Assembly (NCBI RefSeq): GCF_964194025.1
Contig: NC_134475.1
Location: 37,076,001 to 37,140,000, forward strand
Origin: Convolutriloba macropyga
Lineage: Eukaryota
Reading direction: 5' to 3'
DNA: 64,000 nucleotides
Shown: positions 13,625 through 27,239 of the stretch, in pieces
Layout of the letters: the number at the start of each line of letters is the position of its first letter
Numbering within the stretch: position 1 is the stretch's first letter
Notes under the pieces: model-generated
What the model was told of the DNA's origin: nothing
What the model saw: only the letters and a program-made list of their open reading frames with translations
The model's database searches: none
Position numbers and translations under genes: made by a program

Positions 13625-16600
13625 TTAATGAAAATTTGACGAAAAAATTTGCTTTTTGAAATGCACCCGGAAAAAAACAATGGAAGATTTTGTTTGTTCG
13701 AAGGTGGAGAGAGAAAAACCAAATATTAATTGTGCTTAAGATAAGCTTGACAAGACGCACTACTGTTTTAGAGTATAAGTATACTTGGCTTGATATAAGA
13801 AGCCTTGATGGACACAAAAAAAAAACAAGAAATAAATTTAAGAGATGTCAAGGTTCGAAAGCTCAAGACCTGTTGATGTAATGGCCAAAACAAGCCTTGC
13901 AGATAAAAGATACTATTCAAATCCAGCTGGTCCATTCTCACAGTAGTCTTGCCTGCTCAGTCCCAAACAAACTATGGGCTCAGCAGTTTTCTCAGTCACA
14001 AAAATAATATTAAAACAAACTCAGTTTGCTTTTTGACACTGATGACCCTTTTCTGCTTATTTACTTTGTCTTGAAAATTGTTGTGCTCACTCAAATAACA
14101 ATGGATCAACAGATAGTAAAGTTCTCTGCCTACACAGGAAAAGCACAAAGCTTTCCAATATGGAGCACAAGATTTGTGGCAATGATGCAGAACAAGGGGT
14201 TGACTAATCTAAGGATCTGGACAGCTTCCTCGTCGGAAGACAGGAGAAGCTCACAAGGCGCCCAGAAACAGGGAAAGCAATCTTAGAGCGCCTTTTGAGG
14301 CCTTGATTATCATTTGTCTGCCAATTAAAATTTAATATATAAAAAAGCTTCAATCCAGCAACAAATTTTACGGATTTTTCATGAACGACCATGCTAGCTT
14401 AGCACAAAAGGACAAGGGACAAAGTCGTTCAGTTGCACTACTGGTGGAGGGACCCAAGAAAAGAAATTACTTTTTGGGATCCGTGGACATTTAGCAAATG
14501 ACTGCAGAAGGAAGATGACAGCGCAGAGAATCAAAATATGGGGAGAAGGTTCACCTAAACAGGGCATAAAGAGATTGACAAAACAATTAGTCAGTGGCTT
14601 TAGGTCGACATTTTATTCACCATTCGACGAGAACAGGCAACGCTTATCCAGTTAAAGACAGCAGAAATACCAATGGATTGTGGTTGTACAAACAATCTGG
14701 TGACAATCATCCAGGGATTCATCGACTTTGCGCCCATTCAAACAACTGTCAATTATTCCAACGAAGAGGCTTTCAAAGTGGTGTACAGAGGCTGTATGAG
14801 GACAATATTAACCTCAAAAAATGAAAAAAAAGCGATTTCAAAATTTGGTGTCTCTGAATATTCTTCAGACAGACATCAAATCGCTTTAAATATCCATAAA
14901 TTGCTCTAAACACTCCCAGTCTTCTAGAGTTAAAGATGATTTCCAACCGCGTGAAACTTGAGAGAGCAAATAAGTGGCATAGACGATTAGGTCAACTAGA
15001 TTAAGTGGATGTGGTCCAAAAAGCAAAAGATGGCATGGACCTGAAAGCTGTGTGAAAAGTGCGCGCATTGACCAAAATCTTATAGACTCCAGCACCAAAA
15101 TCTACAAATAACCATGCAGAGGAGAACTGTAGAGTGCTTTCACCAATGTAGTGGGACCCCTGATTATAGAATTAATGTCAGGGTTCTGATTCTGCTTGAT
15201 AGCAGACAGTACACAAAGTTTTTGGATTTGCTCAAAGCAAGCAGTGAATTACTGGCAAGCCTGAAGAGCGTAGAGATCTCACCGTAGAGATGCCTAAGAA
15301 GTTGAGACCAAACGACATAAAGGAGTAACTCTCATTGCAGTAGAGTATGTATTGCTTAGACGCAAGCATTCAACAGAAGAAAATATCAGATGCGCGACAA
15401 CAGGTCAGGATAGCTAATAGGGGCAACCGGATATTGATCGAGATGGGATTATGTTTGCTCATTGATTCGAAACAGCAATTCTCCATGCAGCAGTGATCAG
15501 AAACTTGACTGTGAGACGAGAAAAATTTCTCATTGAGCTTGTGCATATTATAAAAAAGATTTATTTTTATTACATTACCTACATTTGGTTGCGCAGTCGG
15601 CTTGAGGAAGCGGGACAGTGAAGTCAGCTAACTTGAACCCAACGCATTGCATGGACATTTTTGTGGGTTACATTGGGTGTAAACCTATACGTCTTGTACA
15701 GGCCAATCTCGTAACATCCAGAAGTCTAAAATGGGTCTAAACCTAACAAAACAGACGCAGCATCAGAACAATTGTAAATCTGGCACTCAGATGATGATAA
15801 TCGCGGTAAGGACAAAATAAGAGACATGCACATCTAATGCAATAAAAGATGAGTCTCATTACTCAGAGACCGTGAAACCTCAAGAAAAAACACAAAGATC
15901 AGAAGCCTACGATGTTAGAGAAACAGCGTAAGATGAAGCATCTATTGCATCAGGAGGCAGTCGAAGATGCTCAGAGCACCTATGAACATTTTAAGAGAAG
16001 ACTACTCAACCACAGCGACTGATGGATTTTTTGACCGTGCACGGGAGCATGTGGAAAGTGACGAGCGCCGACGGGAAACACAAGCAAAGAATGCTTGCTA
16101 CTTTTTTGAAAAAGGCAAGACCCACCTTGCTCAGACTGACGTTAACTACGTGGTACCCAACAGTTTATCAATCCAAGCAAGGGGGTGATTGTGACCAGTG
16201 GCACAAGGCAATGAAAGAATACTTCAGGGCACTCCAGGAGGACAACGCATGGATCTGGTCATACCATCCACGGCCAGAGATATAATCCCGGGCAATTGGG
16301 TCTAGAATGCGAAATTGGGACCCATTGGTCAAGTTAAAATAGAACACACGCTGCGAGGCAAACTGTTTAAAAAAAGGGAATGATTGGACTACTATCAGTC
16401 TTTTCAGCCTACTTGTGAGCCAGAGAAATTCAGGACTCTACTTAAAGTATCGGCAAAACTGGTGAATGCGATGCACCAGCTTGATGTCCAGAAGAAAGAA
16501 ACAACCACAGTTGCATCTGAAACAACCACAGTTTTTTTTAAGCTTGGATCAGTTAGAGAAGTTAGAAAGTGGACTAATTAAATCAATTTATGGTTTAGAA

Positions 16601-17600
16601 AAAGCTGTTTACAACTGGTACAAGGAGTAGGCGAGCTTCTTTCTGGAAGAGAAACGAGAAGAATCATTTTATGTTCACAAGAGCAGAAAAAGATGGTCAC
16701 ACGTTAATACTGTTCTAGGTTCACGTCATCACTATCCTTTAAGCTTCTTGATGGCACTATGATCCCCGTTGCAAAGGAGGGCCAAGAAGAAACTTTCCAC
16801 AAGGCTGAGCCTCGGAGTGCGACGAGAAGACGCTACATGAAGACAAAAATTGAGCGTTTTTAAATGAAAAATTAGGAATACTCAAGAACTCCAGTCGATC
16901 TTAACTTGAAACGTTAGACAGCACAGAATGGAGATGAAGACGTGAATCCGAGACTCTTCATAAGCCTGGTGGGATCACTCCTTTATCTGGCAAAATAGGC
17001 TAAGCAAGATGTCATGTTTAAAGTTACTCTTGTGTCCAGACACATGGAAAGACCCGAAAAACAACATTGGCAATGTGCAAAACCACCGTTACGATGTCTG
17101 CAAAGTTCGAAACAATCAAAAATATTTATACTAAAGAGGCTGGTTGTAATTTGGGCTGGACAGTGACGTAGATTTGTCGGGAGTTGAAAGCGACAGAGAA
17201 GAAATAACTATCTCACGCTCAACGAGCAAGGCATAACACTCAGCTAGGGTGCCAACACGGCAGTAGCAGTTCATGAAGCACTGTACCTAAAACCAACTTC
17301 TGGATGATTTCAGTATGCGACAGAAACATCCAATAAAAATTGAAGAGCTCTAACGTTGAATCAAGCCTTGCCAGAACCCAGCCATGCAAAAGCGAAGTAA
17401 ACACAGCGGCAATTTCAATTCATTACATTCCTACCAACAAAATGGCAGCTGGTCTCTTCACGAAACTCTGGCCATTGAATGTGGCAACATTCAGAACAGT
17501 CTTCATGGGAAGACTACGCAATTAGATAAGTCAGACTGAGTGGGGGTGTCAGAATTTCATTTCAAAATTCAGTCTTATAATTAGTTGGAAATATGAAAAT
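13625..17600 (+). mobile_element. Decayed Ty1/Copia LTR retrotransposon, copy 2
   Basis: Same motifs offset by ~3408 bp; protease-like DCGCTN; RNase H end IHYIPTNKMAAGLFTK; PPT gagtggggg followed by TG (~17546). Confidence 0.85.
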
Positions 17601-17949
17601 TTCTAATATACCATTTTAATCAGACAATAGCAAATTGATTTAGGTCATTAAATAAATATAAATTTTAAAAAGCTGCTTAGAATCAATTTTCGGTTCAAAC
17701 TGATGAATCTATATAGCTATTGCATGAGAACTATTTGACGTAAAATCTTCTTAGCATGTTTTGAATGATTCTGATACCTCTCAAAGTGGGAATGAGTTCT
17801 TCGAAAAATGAAAATGCGTACTATTTAAAGTTTCCCTGGCAGACTTCCGGGAAATTTGTAAAAGCAAACATTATTTGGTAAGCCTTACGACCTCCGCGAT
17901 AAATCATGGTGCTGTTTAGTATTCTAACTGGATTTTTCTTACTGATAAT

Positions 17950-17951
<2 letters not shown>

Positions 17952-18018
<67 letters not shown>

Positions 18019-18022
18019 TATA
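17952..18022. repeat. (TA)n microsatellite
   Basis: Directly visible, with two AA interruptions. Confidence 0.98.
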
Positions 18023-18314
18023 CTCGGGGAAGTTTGTGAGCCTCACAAAACCGAATCACGATTTTGATCTTTTAATCAGATCTCTTCTGCAAGTATCTAA
18101 ATTCTTCTGTAAAAATCATTTTGTTTTTCTCTCATTCTTGAAAAGTTCATTTTTCTAACTTCGTCAAAAACGCTTTTAACCCGCCTGCGGAAATTCAGAT
18201 ACCAGAAAGGTATTTGAGTTTGTAATTACTGTACCCAATATCGTATGATTTACAATACATATAGTAACAGCTCATCTTTTCAGACCAATCCGGACAATTT
18301 CAGGAGATGGGGTT

Positions 18315-18400
18315 TCATCAGACCTTTCGTGCGTTGATGTCCAGACTTTCGTGCGTTCATCAGACCTTTCGTGCGTTCATGTCCAGACTTTCGTGCGTTT
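18315..18400. repeat. ~20-bp minisatellite (cagac(c)tttcgtgcgttcat) x4
   Basis: Directly visible tandem units. Confidence 0.85.
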
Positions 18401-18581
18401 TTCCTTGTTTCCAGACCATGTAAATTTGAACGCACGACAACGCCGTCGTGCGTTCATCTGGGTCTGGACATATCGACTTTCCGTCTGGGACCTCAACCTG
18501 GGAAGGCTGTGTATTGGATGATACCAATTTTCAAATATACAAAAAACAGTCTCGTAGTCAATATTAACTTGGTATGGTACT

Positions 18582-18587
18582 TTTATT
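18582..18587 (-). terminator. Candidate polyadenylation signal (AATAAA) of the ZNFX1-like gene
   Basis: TTTATT on + strand ~330 nt past the stop codon; the motif is common in AT-rich DNA. Confidence 0.35.
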
Positions 18588-18914
18588 TGAGATCTTAATC
18601 GTATATAAAAATTTGAGATAGTGTAATATAAAACTTTGAGCCGTTTCCCGTTTTTTCCATTACGAAAAAAAAAGATTGATTGTAAATAAACGGCTCCACC
18701 TTAATCAGTTGAAGGGGAATTTTCAAATTCATCGTTCATGAAATGACTCAAAATCAAAACGTGCTTCGGTGAAAAGTTGCCAGGAAATGATAGGGTTTTT
18801 CCCACTATATCCCCCTTATGGTATATTTATGGTAATGGCGGCTATACCTTACATGCTAAGCTACCCACTAAGCTACGGGGTGGGGGCTATAGTGGAAGAT
18901 TAGATAGCTCAGAA

Positions 18915-21900
18915 TTATTTGAATAAACACCGGAATGTTATCAATGGAATTGTTTGACCAGAAGTGCTATTTTGGATTGTAAACATTCTCTTTTGCTTGT
19001 CCTCGTGGCTGTCGTGCACTGTGCATCTTTTTCCGCTCTTGAAATTAGAGCATTCTGATTGATCAACGCAAGCACCAATCGGCACTCTCCACACGGTTAC
19101 TTGCTGTTCCTTCACTCCCAGTTCTTCAGATGCCCGTGGAATCCTCTCGGAAAATTGCAGTACGTTAATGCCCTTCTGGGTTGAACTACCCACTCTTATT
19201 AGCAATCTTTCGTTGGCATTATTCAATCGGTCAAACTTCTCTTTGTACGACTTCAGCACCTTTGTTGAAATAGAAATTGTAGCGCCTTTGATAACCACTT
19301 CAAGCCCGGATTTTTGACCAGCAGAGATCAGAACCTGTAATCCTATGTCAAAAAGTTGCTGCTCAAAATAAGAGAAATTGATCTCATTTGTTGGGTCCAG
19401 ATTCAGTGAGCAAGTTGGATTGCCTGATGCCAAAATCTCTTCATCGATCGCCTCAAGCAGGTCATTCAAAGGTTCCAGAAGCAATGAGACATACCCAGTC
19501 ACGTATATGTAGTAAGGATCGTATATGCAATAAGTTGAGCGGATGACGTCATCAGAGTCTTTTGTGTCTTGACGGATAGAATCAAAGCGCCCTTTGATTG
19601 AATTGTTATTAGAGGGTGCGGATGAATTGTAAACTACATTGCATCTACCAATTAGGACATCGCAAATTAGAACATTTAAAATTTGACCATGGCATGTTTC
19701 TCCGATCGTCACACTATTTTTAGGGAATTTAATGGGAAGACCAGCTCCGTTCTGAGCTTTCCTATGGAACCCGAACTCACAAAACGATATTGGCTCTCGC
19801 GAAGCTTCTTGACTGTAATAGCAGAGAGTTTCAACATTTCTCGGATCTCTGATTTCTTTCTGTTTTTCCAGAAAAGCTCTTTTAGCAGCAACGTAATTAA
19901 CTATAGAAACCTTACTGACGCGAGCTACCAAATTTTTATAGAGAGACACAAAATTGAGAGCTTGTCCTTTCATAACAGAAACTATTTGCAGGTCTGACTC
20001 ATGAAGGAATGATGCATTGTCAATGTCAATGTCTGAGATGGAGAATCGGGACAGACGTAACGAGGGCAACTGTTCGATTTGAGCTTGAATCAGTTCAATT
20101 TTTTGTCTTTTTTCTGCCAAATCTCTAGTATCTACAGTTATTCGTGAACAAATTTTACTTCGGCTTCGGCTCCGTTCACGTCCTTTAATCCCTCTCCTTT
20201 TAGCTTCTTCACATTTTCCACATTTCGATTCGTCACATTCTTCGAAGCACTTTTTCCCACATTTATGTTGACAGGGCAGAATTTTATCGCAACCTAATTC
20301 GCACTGGAATTTATCTTTGCCGACGTTACATTTCAATTCAGAAAGGCGGTTGCATTTTTTGCATTTATGTTTGACGTTGGCCGAGCATGTCACTTCATGT
20401 TCGCTTTCGTGACATTTGCGCTGTAATTTTGAATCACATTTGCGGCATTTGAAGTTCACGTTTTGTTGACATTCGTACAAATGATCGTGATTCGATCCAC
20501 ATTTCCTAACACACTGATGACCGCATGGCAACTTGCAAGAGCATTTTCCAGGACAGTCATAGCTCTTTTTACCCTCATCGTAGCAAGGAACTCTCAGAAC
20601 AGTTCCGCAGTGATGTAAAATTTCCACAATTTGATCACAAGCTCTGCTATCATTATGATAATGCTCCTCTCCGCATTTCTTACGGCACAAGTGATGGCAT
20701 CTATCCAATTTCTTCCCACAAACTTCGTCGCATTCGGGCCTCTTAAAATCTGTGTTTTTATAACATTCAACTAATGCCGCATGTCCGCAACCAGGTCGTT
20801 CATACATCACTGTTTTGTCACATTTGACGTCTTTGATAGACTTCCAACATTCCCTTTTCAAACCTTTGCCGCATTCCAGACACTTGTCGTCAATCTGGAC
20901 CTTGCATCGAATTTTGTCGTGCCTATGAGCGGGTTCGCAAGACTCACTGCACGTGTGGCCACACTTGAGTTCCTGAGAACAGTCGTACTTGCATACGATG
21001 TCCGATTCCTTCTGGTAGCACTTCCGCTTAAGTCTATTCCCACAACGGTGCTCAAAATGTTTCAGTGCCTCGCAGTTCTGGTTGTCGTGGGAGTGTTTGC
21101 TGCTGCATGGCTTCTGACACGCATCTCCACAAGGATACAGCTTTTGTCCACATGTGAATCGACATGGTATGTTCAACTTGTCTTTGAAACATTCTGCTTG
21201 ACCGAAATGACGACCACATCTCAACTTGAACTCGACTGTGTTCCAGCATTGAACTAAAGCCGCCTTTTGGTAGCACAACTTCGATCCAAGCTGACCACAG
21301 TCCGGACAGATGTATTCCACTTGAAATGAGCATTCTGTAATTTGGCTGTTATGAGAGTGGGGAGGGTCGCATTCTTTCGGACACGGATGCCCACAAGGTT
21401 TCAAAGTAGCTGAACACTGCTCAATGCAAACTATATTAGTGTAATCTTGATGACACAACTTAATTCCTTGGTGCTTACCACAAGCATAAATGAAGGGAAC
21501 TTTTTCTTTGCATTTTTGAGGCAAATCCTTTTCAAAGCAATTCGTCTCTATTTGATGCAACTCAGCATCACACCAAACTTTTACGCGTTCAGTGCATACA
21601 ACATGGAAGTGTTTATCGCCACATTGCCGCTTGCATCGGTGCTGTATGGATTCTGCCGACTCCATATTGGCTTTTAGTGCCGAATCCGAAGTGCTTGTTG
21701 CATTGCCAGTACCTGTTGAATGATACACGTACTCACAAGGAGCGTTGCATTTGACCTCGTGCGCTTCTTGATAGCATTTCTTAGTGCCATTATGAACTCC
21801 ACAGACATGAGTAAACTCAACAGGAGCTGTACACTTGACAACCCGAGGTTCTTCATAGCATTTCTTGACACCATTATGACCACAAGGATGAACTATTTCC

Positions 21901-24567
21901 ACTTGTTCATAGCATATCTTATGATCATAGTGGAACGGTTGACATGGTAGACCACAAATGTGCAATCCACAATCCATTTGTGTACCACACGGCACAAAAC
22001 AGAAATTAGTCGAGGCAAAAGGCTCTCCCCCGACAACCACACCCTTCTTAACATCAAGATGCTTACTACAATTCAAAATAAGCTTCTTCCCAAAGCAACC
22101 TTCCTGTCTTAACCTGTTCAAAAACGGAGTCCAAACTTCACAACTTCTTTTCTGACGCTCAAGTGTGGCAGCATTGCCTAAAAATATGACACCGGACTTT
22201 CCTCGACTTTGGGCAACACAGCGTCGATTGAGAACCCCAATGAAGCCCGATGTTGCGTTTGTGTTGCTTCGCACCAGCGATACAATCACGATATCATTTT
22301 CGTCACCCTGGAAGTTGTCTATTGTCTGAACATCGATCCATTTACCTGTCAGTCTCGGGTCAGATCTCATCAAACGTCTGAGTTCTCCAGTTTGTCCTTG
22401 ATACCCTGCTAAAACTGTTAAGCTTTTAGGGTTGTAGCCATTTGCATTGATGAGGTAGGATACCAGCTCTACTACTGCTTTCGCTTCAACTCGATTGCAG
22501 TAGCTTCGACCTCCAGTTTCTGAATAATCATGATCCCAGAAGAAACAGTTAGTTGCCAAACCCCGGACAGAAGGGTTTAAGGAAACACGAGGGTGATCTC
22601 TCAATTTTGGGTATATATCTGTCAAGTACATAGAAATATCGGGTCTCATTCTATTCTGGGTTTCTAGAGTAGAAAACTCGATGTCGTTGTTGATCAATCG
22701 TTCCATCATGCTTATATCGAAATGAAACTTGTGAACCAAATCATAGCATTCTACATTTGGTCTTAATTGCTTATGATCACCTATCATAACCAAATGCTTT
22801 ACGTGGTTCCCAAGTAGAGCTATCAGCTGCGCTTCATTAATTTCTGCGGCTTCTTCTACAATGATGACTTGAGGTTGGACAACATTCAATAAATCAGCGC
22901 GCATTGCAGCTCCGGTAGTTGTCATTGCAATCACTCTCGCTTTCTTCACTGCAACTGCCTCTCTCTGCAGTCTCATTTTGGTGCGTTGCTCTATCTTCAC
23001 ATGCAGCTGCTCAAACAACTCATCCATATCATTTAAAGCCCGTTCTCTTTGTTTCCAAACAAGATATTGAACTAAATGCAACCTGTTTGCTTCCTGTAAT
23101 GTCCAAATATCTTTCACCTTCCTCAGTGACCAAAAATCCGTTCTTTTTGCCAAAATCTCAGTTGCAGACCCAAGGAACTCCATGCATTTAGGACTGCCGT
23201 GACTGCTGCCATAGGGGTCAAATTTTGGACCCACCAAGTCGCTTTCCTGGACAATAGTTTGGGTCGTGAAATCGTTTTTTAAGCCAGCAGCCTCAAATCT
23301 TTCTTCTATCAACTTTTCCGTTTCAAGGGCCAATTCCAAGTCTTGTTCATCAGTATCATTATCAGTAGTAGAATTGCTATACAGAAACCTACTTTTGTCT
23401 CGTTTTGAGCTCAACTGCTTGATTTCCGTCTCTAAATGCTGCAGCTCTCTCTGGGCTGAGAGGGTAAAAGTGTCAGAAGGCAGCCATTGATCCAAAGATT
23501 CTACTACCTTTTCCACCAGGTAGTTAATTGCAGAGTAAAACTTCCTAGTATTTAAGTGATCGAAAATTGCCTCCCCCATCAATTCGATGCAACTGTAAGC
23601 TTTCAAATGGGTTTGCAGGTCGTAGTCACTTATTTTGTCCCGTAACATATTTGCAAGTTGCAATGAATCGAAGCACTTGAGGAGCACATCAACCTCTAGG
23701 GGACTCTCGACAATTTTTCGGAATTTCTTAAAAGCTGCGTTTATTTTCAAGTTCAAATCATCTATTTCGTGGCAAATTCTCAATTCAAACTCACTTGGTT
23801 TACCTAAGACATTCTTGAGCGAATACTGGGCCATTGTGTTATCTTTTGACTGTCCACCCAGACGCAAGAAACAACCCGGAGTTTGCAAAAAATTTGTACG
23901 CAATATCGCTCGAGAGAATTCATCCAGTGCATGATTCTTATAAGTGAGTACTAAAATTGGAGAGGTCACTGCTGGACCCGTTCTAAAGTCGGCTTTCTCA
24001 CTCAATTTAAGATCGAGCAACACGTTCGTTAAATGGACACCAAGGTATGTCTTCCCAGTTCCAGGAGGTCCCTGCACAATTGAAACACGGGTCTTCAACA
24101 TGTGTTTCATAGCCTCAAACTGGCTTCCATCCAATATACAATTTGACGAGTGTTCTGCTTCATGGAAAAAATTGTCAACATTTATTGCCGTGTCTCCATC
24201 TGTATATAGCTTGTTTAAACTAAACGTTGCGCCAGCATGGGCCGAAAATCTGAAGGGAAGCGCCTGAGCTAATATCAACTCATTACGAAATGCAAAATTT
24301 GCCGATGTCAGGTCTTGCATTGATTTCAGTACTGGTTGGTAGGAGGCAAACATTGTGGGAGCTTCTACTATAACTAACGAGCCATTTCTGGACACCAAAG
24401 TTTGCAAATCCTTGGCAAAAGTAGTGTTAGGAACGTCAATATACTCCACGACAACAGTGATAGAGCCATTTGCAAATTCATCGCTTCGTCTTTGTACTGC
24501 TCCCCACACAACATCCTCAGCAAAATTAGTTGCCGACACTGCCACCAGATTCCCTCGCAGAAAGTAC
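18915..24567 (-). CDS. ZNFX1: ZNFX1-like helicase, coding exon 2 (SF1 UPF1-like helicase, NF-X1 zinc fingers, two PARP-like domains)
   Basis: Uninterrupted ORF with GPPGTGKT, VEEAAE, IGDHKQLRP, QNRM, TIDNFQGDEND, CVAQSRGK and a long Cys/His array; acceptor tttttcacgcag|G at 24568/24567 in the phase needed to join exon 1. Confidence 0.93.
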
Positions 24568-26152
24568 CTGCGTGAAAAATGACTCTGGTTAATCGGATGC
24601 GCTATAAAAGCTGACAATGAAGATCGATAATGACCGGTCGTATATAATGTTCCAACATTGCATATGCAGATTAATTTATCAAAACTTGGAATCGTAAAAC
24701 TTCTTTAACTTCTTAAGAATAAGGTGTTCACCCTTAGCTCTTATTAACTGCTGTCTAGTGGCCGCAGGGCATCACAAAGAATACAGCCGCCACTTTTCTT
24801 ATTTTTGTTCCGGTTTTGTTTATAATTTGAGAAAATCTGGTCTTCAGAAGCTAAACTCTATTTCTCGTGCACAAAGATTAAGTATCACACTCATGGTGAC
24901 AAAAAACAAACTGAGCTGGGTAAAAAAATATGGTACCAAAAAGCTACGTACCACATAATTTCTACGCTTAAAGCATGATTAGAGCTTCATAAGCATTATT
25001 TGCGCAAAAGCGTGAAAAAAGTGTGAAATTTAAAAGTTTTAAGAAAAATTTCATTCTCAATTTCTCCGCTTGAACGGAAAAAGTGGCTAAACTGCTTTGA
25101 AAATTTTTTACGCTACGAGATGTCGGATTTTCATGACCAAAAATACAAAAACAACTCAACTTGAAACAAGGATCTAGTTCACAGTATATATACAAAGGTT
25201 ACCTAAAAATAACAGTTTCGAGGACAAAAAAATCTAGCGCAAGACCGCCAAAAATGTTCAAAAAACCCAAAAAGGAGTTAACGATGTTTTAACAGACCCC
25301 CAAAAACCTCACTGCAGCGTATTGAAGTGACTTCTCCTATATATTAAACGCGTGAGCTCTAAAGTGAGACAAAAATTTTTGCATGTTTAAGGGGCCTCTC
25401 GAAGTGCATGTTAAAAGCCGCATTGAGCAGCATGGTTAAGCGAACATATAGAGAGAGGTCAATGAAATAAAAGGAATAAAGTAGATGGGTGAGAACCGAA
25501 CCTGGAACAAAAGACTGTTAACCAGGCGCAGTTACGAAAAGGCTCAGAAGGTTTGAAAGTATGCTCAACCAGAGGGAGGATTTACTGTCCTGGGTACTAC
25601 GTGTTTCTTAAATGCTTCCGAACTAGAATTGAAGTTCTTATTGTAAACGTGTGTTTTCTGCAAAGTTTTAGCTTTACAGATTCTGCGCTTTTCTAGAATA
25701 CTCTTAGCTTTCAACTAAGTTTTTTACGCTTAATTTTGATTTTTGTGTGATCTCAAATGCTCTCAATCTTGAAATACTTTTATTGATACAATAAAAGCGA
25801 TTTTGAGAAACGGGGGTATGTAGTCGTTATAGTGCAGTTGGTAAGATGGAGGACTGCTATTCTGAGGGTCGAAGGTTCGAACTCGTGTTCAGTACCATTG
25901 CTGGTGTAAATGTTTAATCAACAGCATGCCACCAGTTGCTCGAGAGCACTTCTTGCGACGCTGATTCGTTTTATGTTCCTGTGTGTGCTTGGGGGATGAA
26001 AAATGTTAATCCTATATATTAAACGCGTGAGCTCTAAAATTGGACAAAATTTTGCGTGTTTAAGGGCCTTCTCGAAAGGTTTGTTTAAGAGCCGCATTGA
26101 GCAGAATGTTAACGAACATATCGAGAGAAGTTAATGACCGAAAAGCCTCAAA

Positions 26153-26224
26153 GTAGATGGGTGAGAACCGAACCTGGAACAAAACACTGTTAGTCAGGTG
26201 CAGTTACCACGAGGCTAAGAGGGC
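26153..26224 (-). pseudogene. Second tRNA-derived module, opposite strand (representative; in all units except the deleted last one)
   Basis: Minus strand GCCCTCT-TAGCCTCGTGGTAA...CTGA-CTAACAG...CCAGGTTCGGTTC followed by a T-run; the B-box has decayed to GGTTAGG in central units. Confidence 0.6.
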
Positions 26225-27166
26225 TTGAAAATATGCTCGCCAAGAGCGAGGATTTACTCTCTTGCGTACAACGTGTTTTGTAAATGCTCCCGAACTAAAG
26301 TTGAAGCTCTTACCGTAAACGTGTGTTTTCTGCAAACTTTTAGCTTTACAGATTGAGCGCTATTCTAGAGCACTCTTAGCTTTCAACTAAGTTTTTCACG
26401 CTTAAATTTGATTTCTGTGTGATCAAATGCTCTCAATCTGAAATATTTTTGATACAATAAACGCGATTTTGAGAAACGGTGGTATGTAGTTTTTAGAGTG
26501 CAGTTGGTAATATGCACGACTGCTACTCTGAGGGTCGATATTTCGATCCCTCGTTGGGTACCCTCCCTTTTGTGGACATGAAAAATTCTAATCAACCCAT
26601 GCCGCCTGTTTTTCGAGAGCAGATCTTGCAACGCTGAGTCGTATTATGTTCCTGTATGTGTGAGAGATGAGAAATGCTAGTCTTATGTATTAAAAGCGTG
26701 AGCTCTAAAGCCGTGTAAAATTTTTGCAAGTATAAGGGGCCTCTCGAAACGCTTGTTTAGCAGCCGCATTGAGCAGCATGGTTAACGAACATATCGAGAG
26801 AGGTCAATTACCTAAAACGCTCAAAGTAGATGGGCGAGAACCTAACCTGGAATAAAAGACCGTTAGTCAGGTGCAGTTACAACGAGGCTAAGAGGGCTTG
26901 AAAATATGCTCGCCCAGAAGGAGGAGTTACTCACCTGGGTAAAACGCGTTTTTTAAATGCACCCGAGCTAAGGTTGAAATTCTTGTAGTAAACGTGTGTT
27001 TTCTACAAAATTTCAGTTTTACAGATTCTGCGCTATTCTAGAACACTCTTAGCTTTCAACTAAGTTTTTTAAGCTTAATTTTGAATTTTGTGGGATCTCA
27101 AAGGCTCTCAATCTGAAATACAATTATTGATACAATGGACGCGATTTTGAGAAACAGTGATATGTA

Positions 27167-27239
27167 GTTGTTATAGTGCAGTTGGTAATATGTGAGACTG
27201 CTACTCTGAGGGTCGATAGTTCGAACCCTTGTTGGGTAT
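27167..27239 (+). pseudogene. tRNA-derived module (representative; one per array unit)
   Basis: A-box TAGTGCAGTTGG and B-box GTTCGAACC at tRNA spacing, TTTT just downstream; stems mispair, so not a functional tRNA. Confidence 0.8.

Noticed and set aside
19683-24582. Numerous short overlapping ORFs within exon 2 (also within exon 1)
   Set aside because: Shadow frames of the long coding exons with no recognisable motifs.
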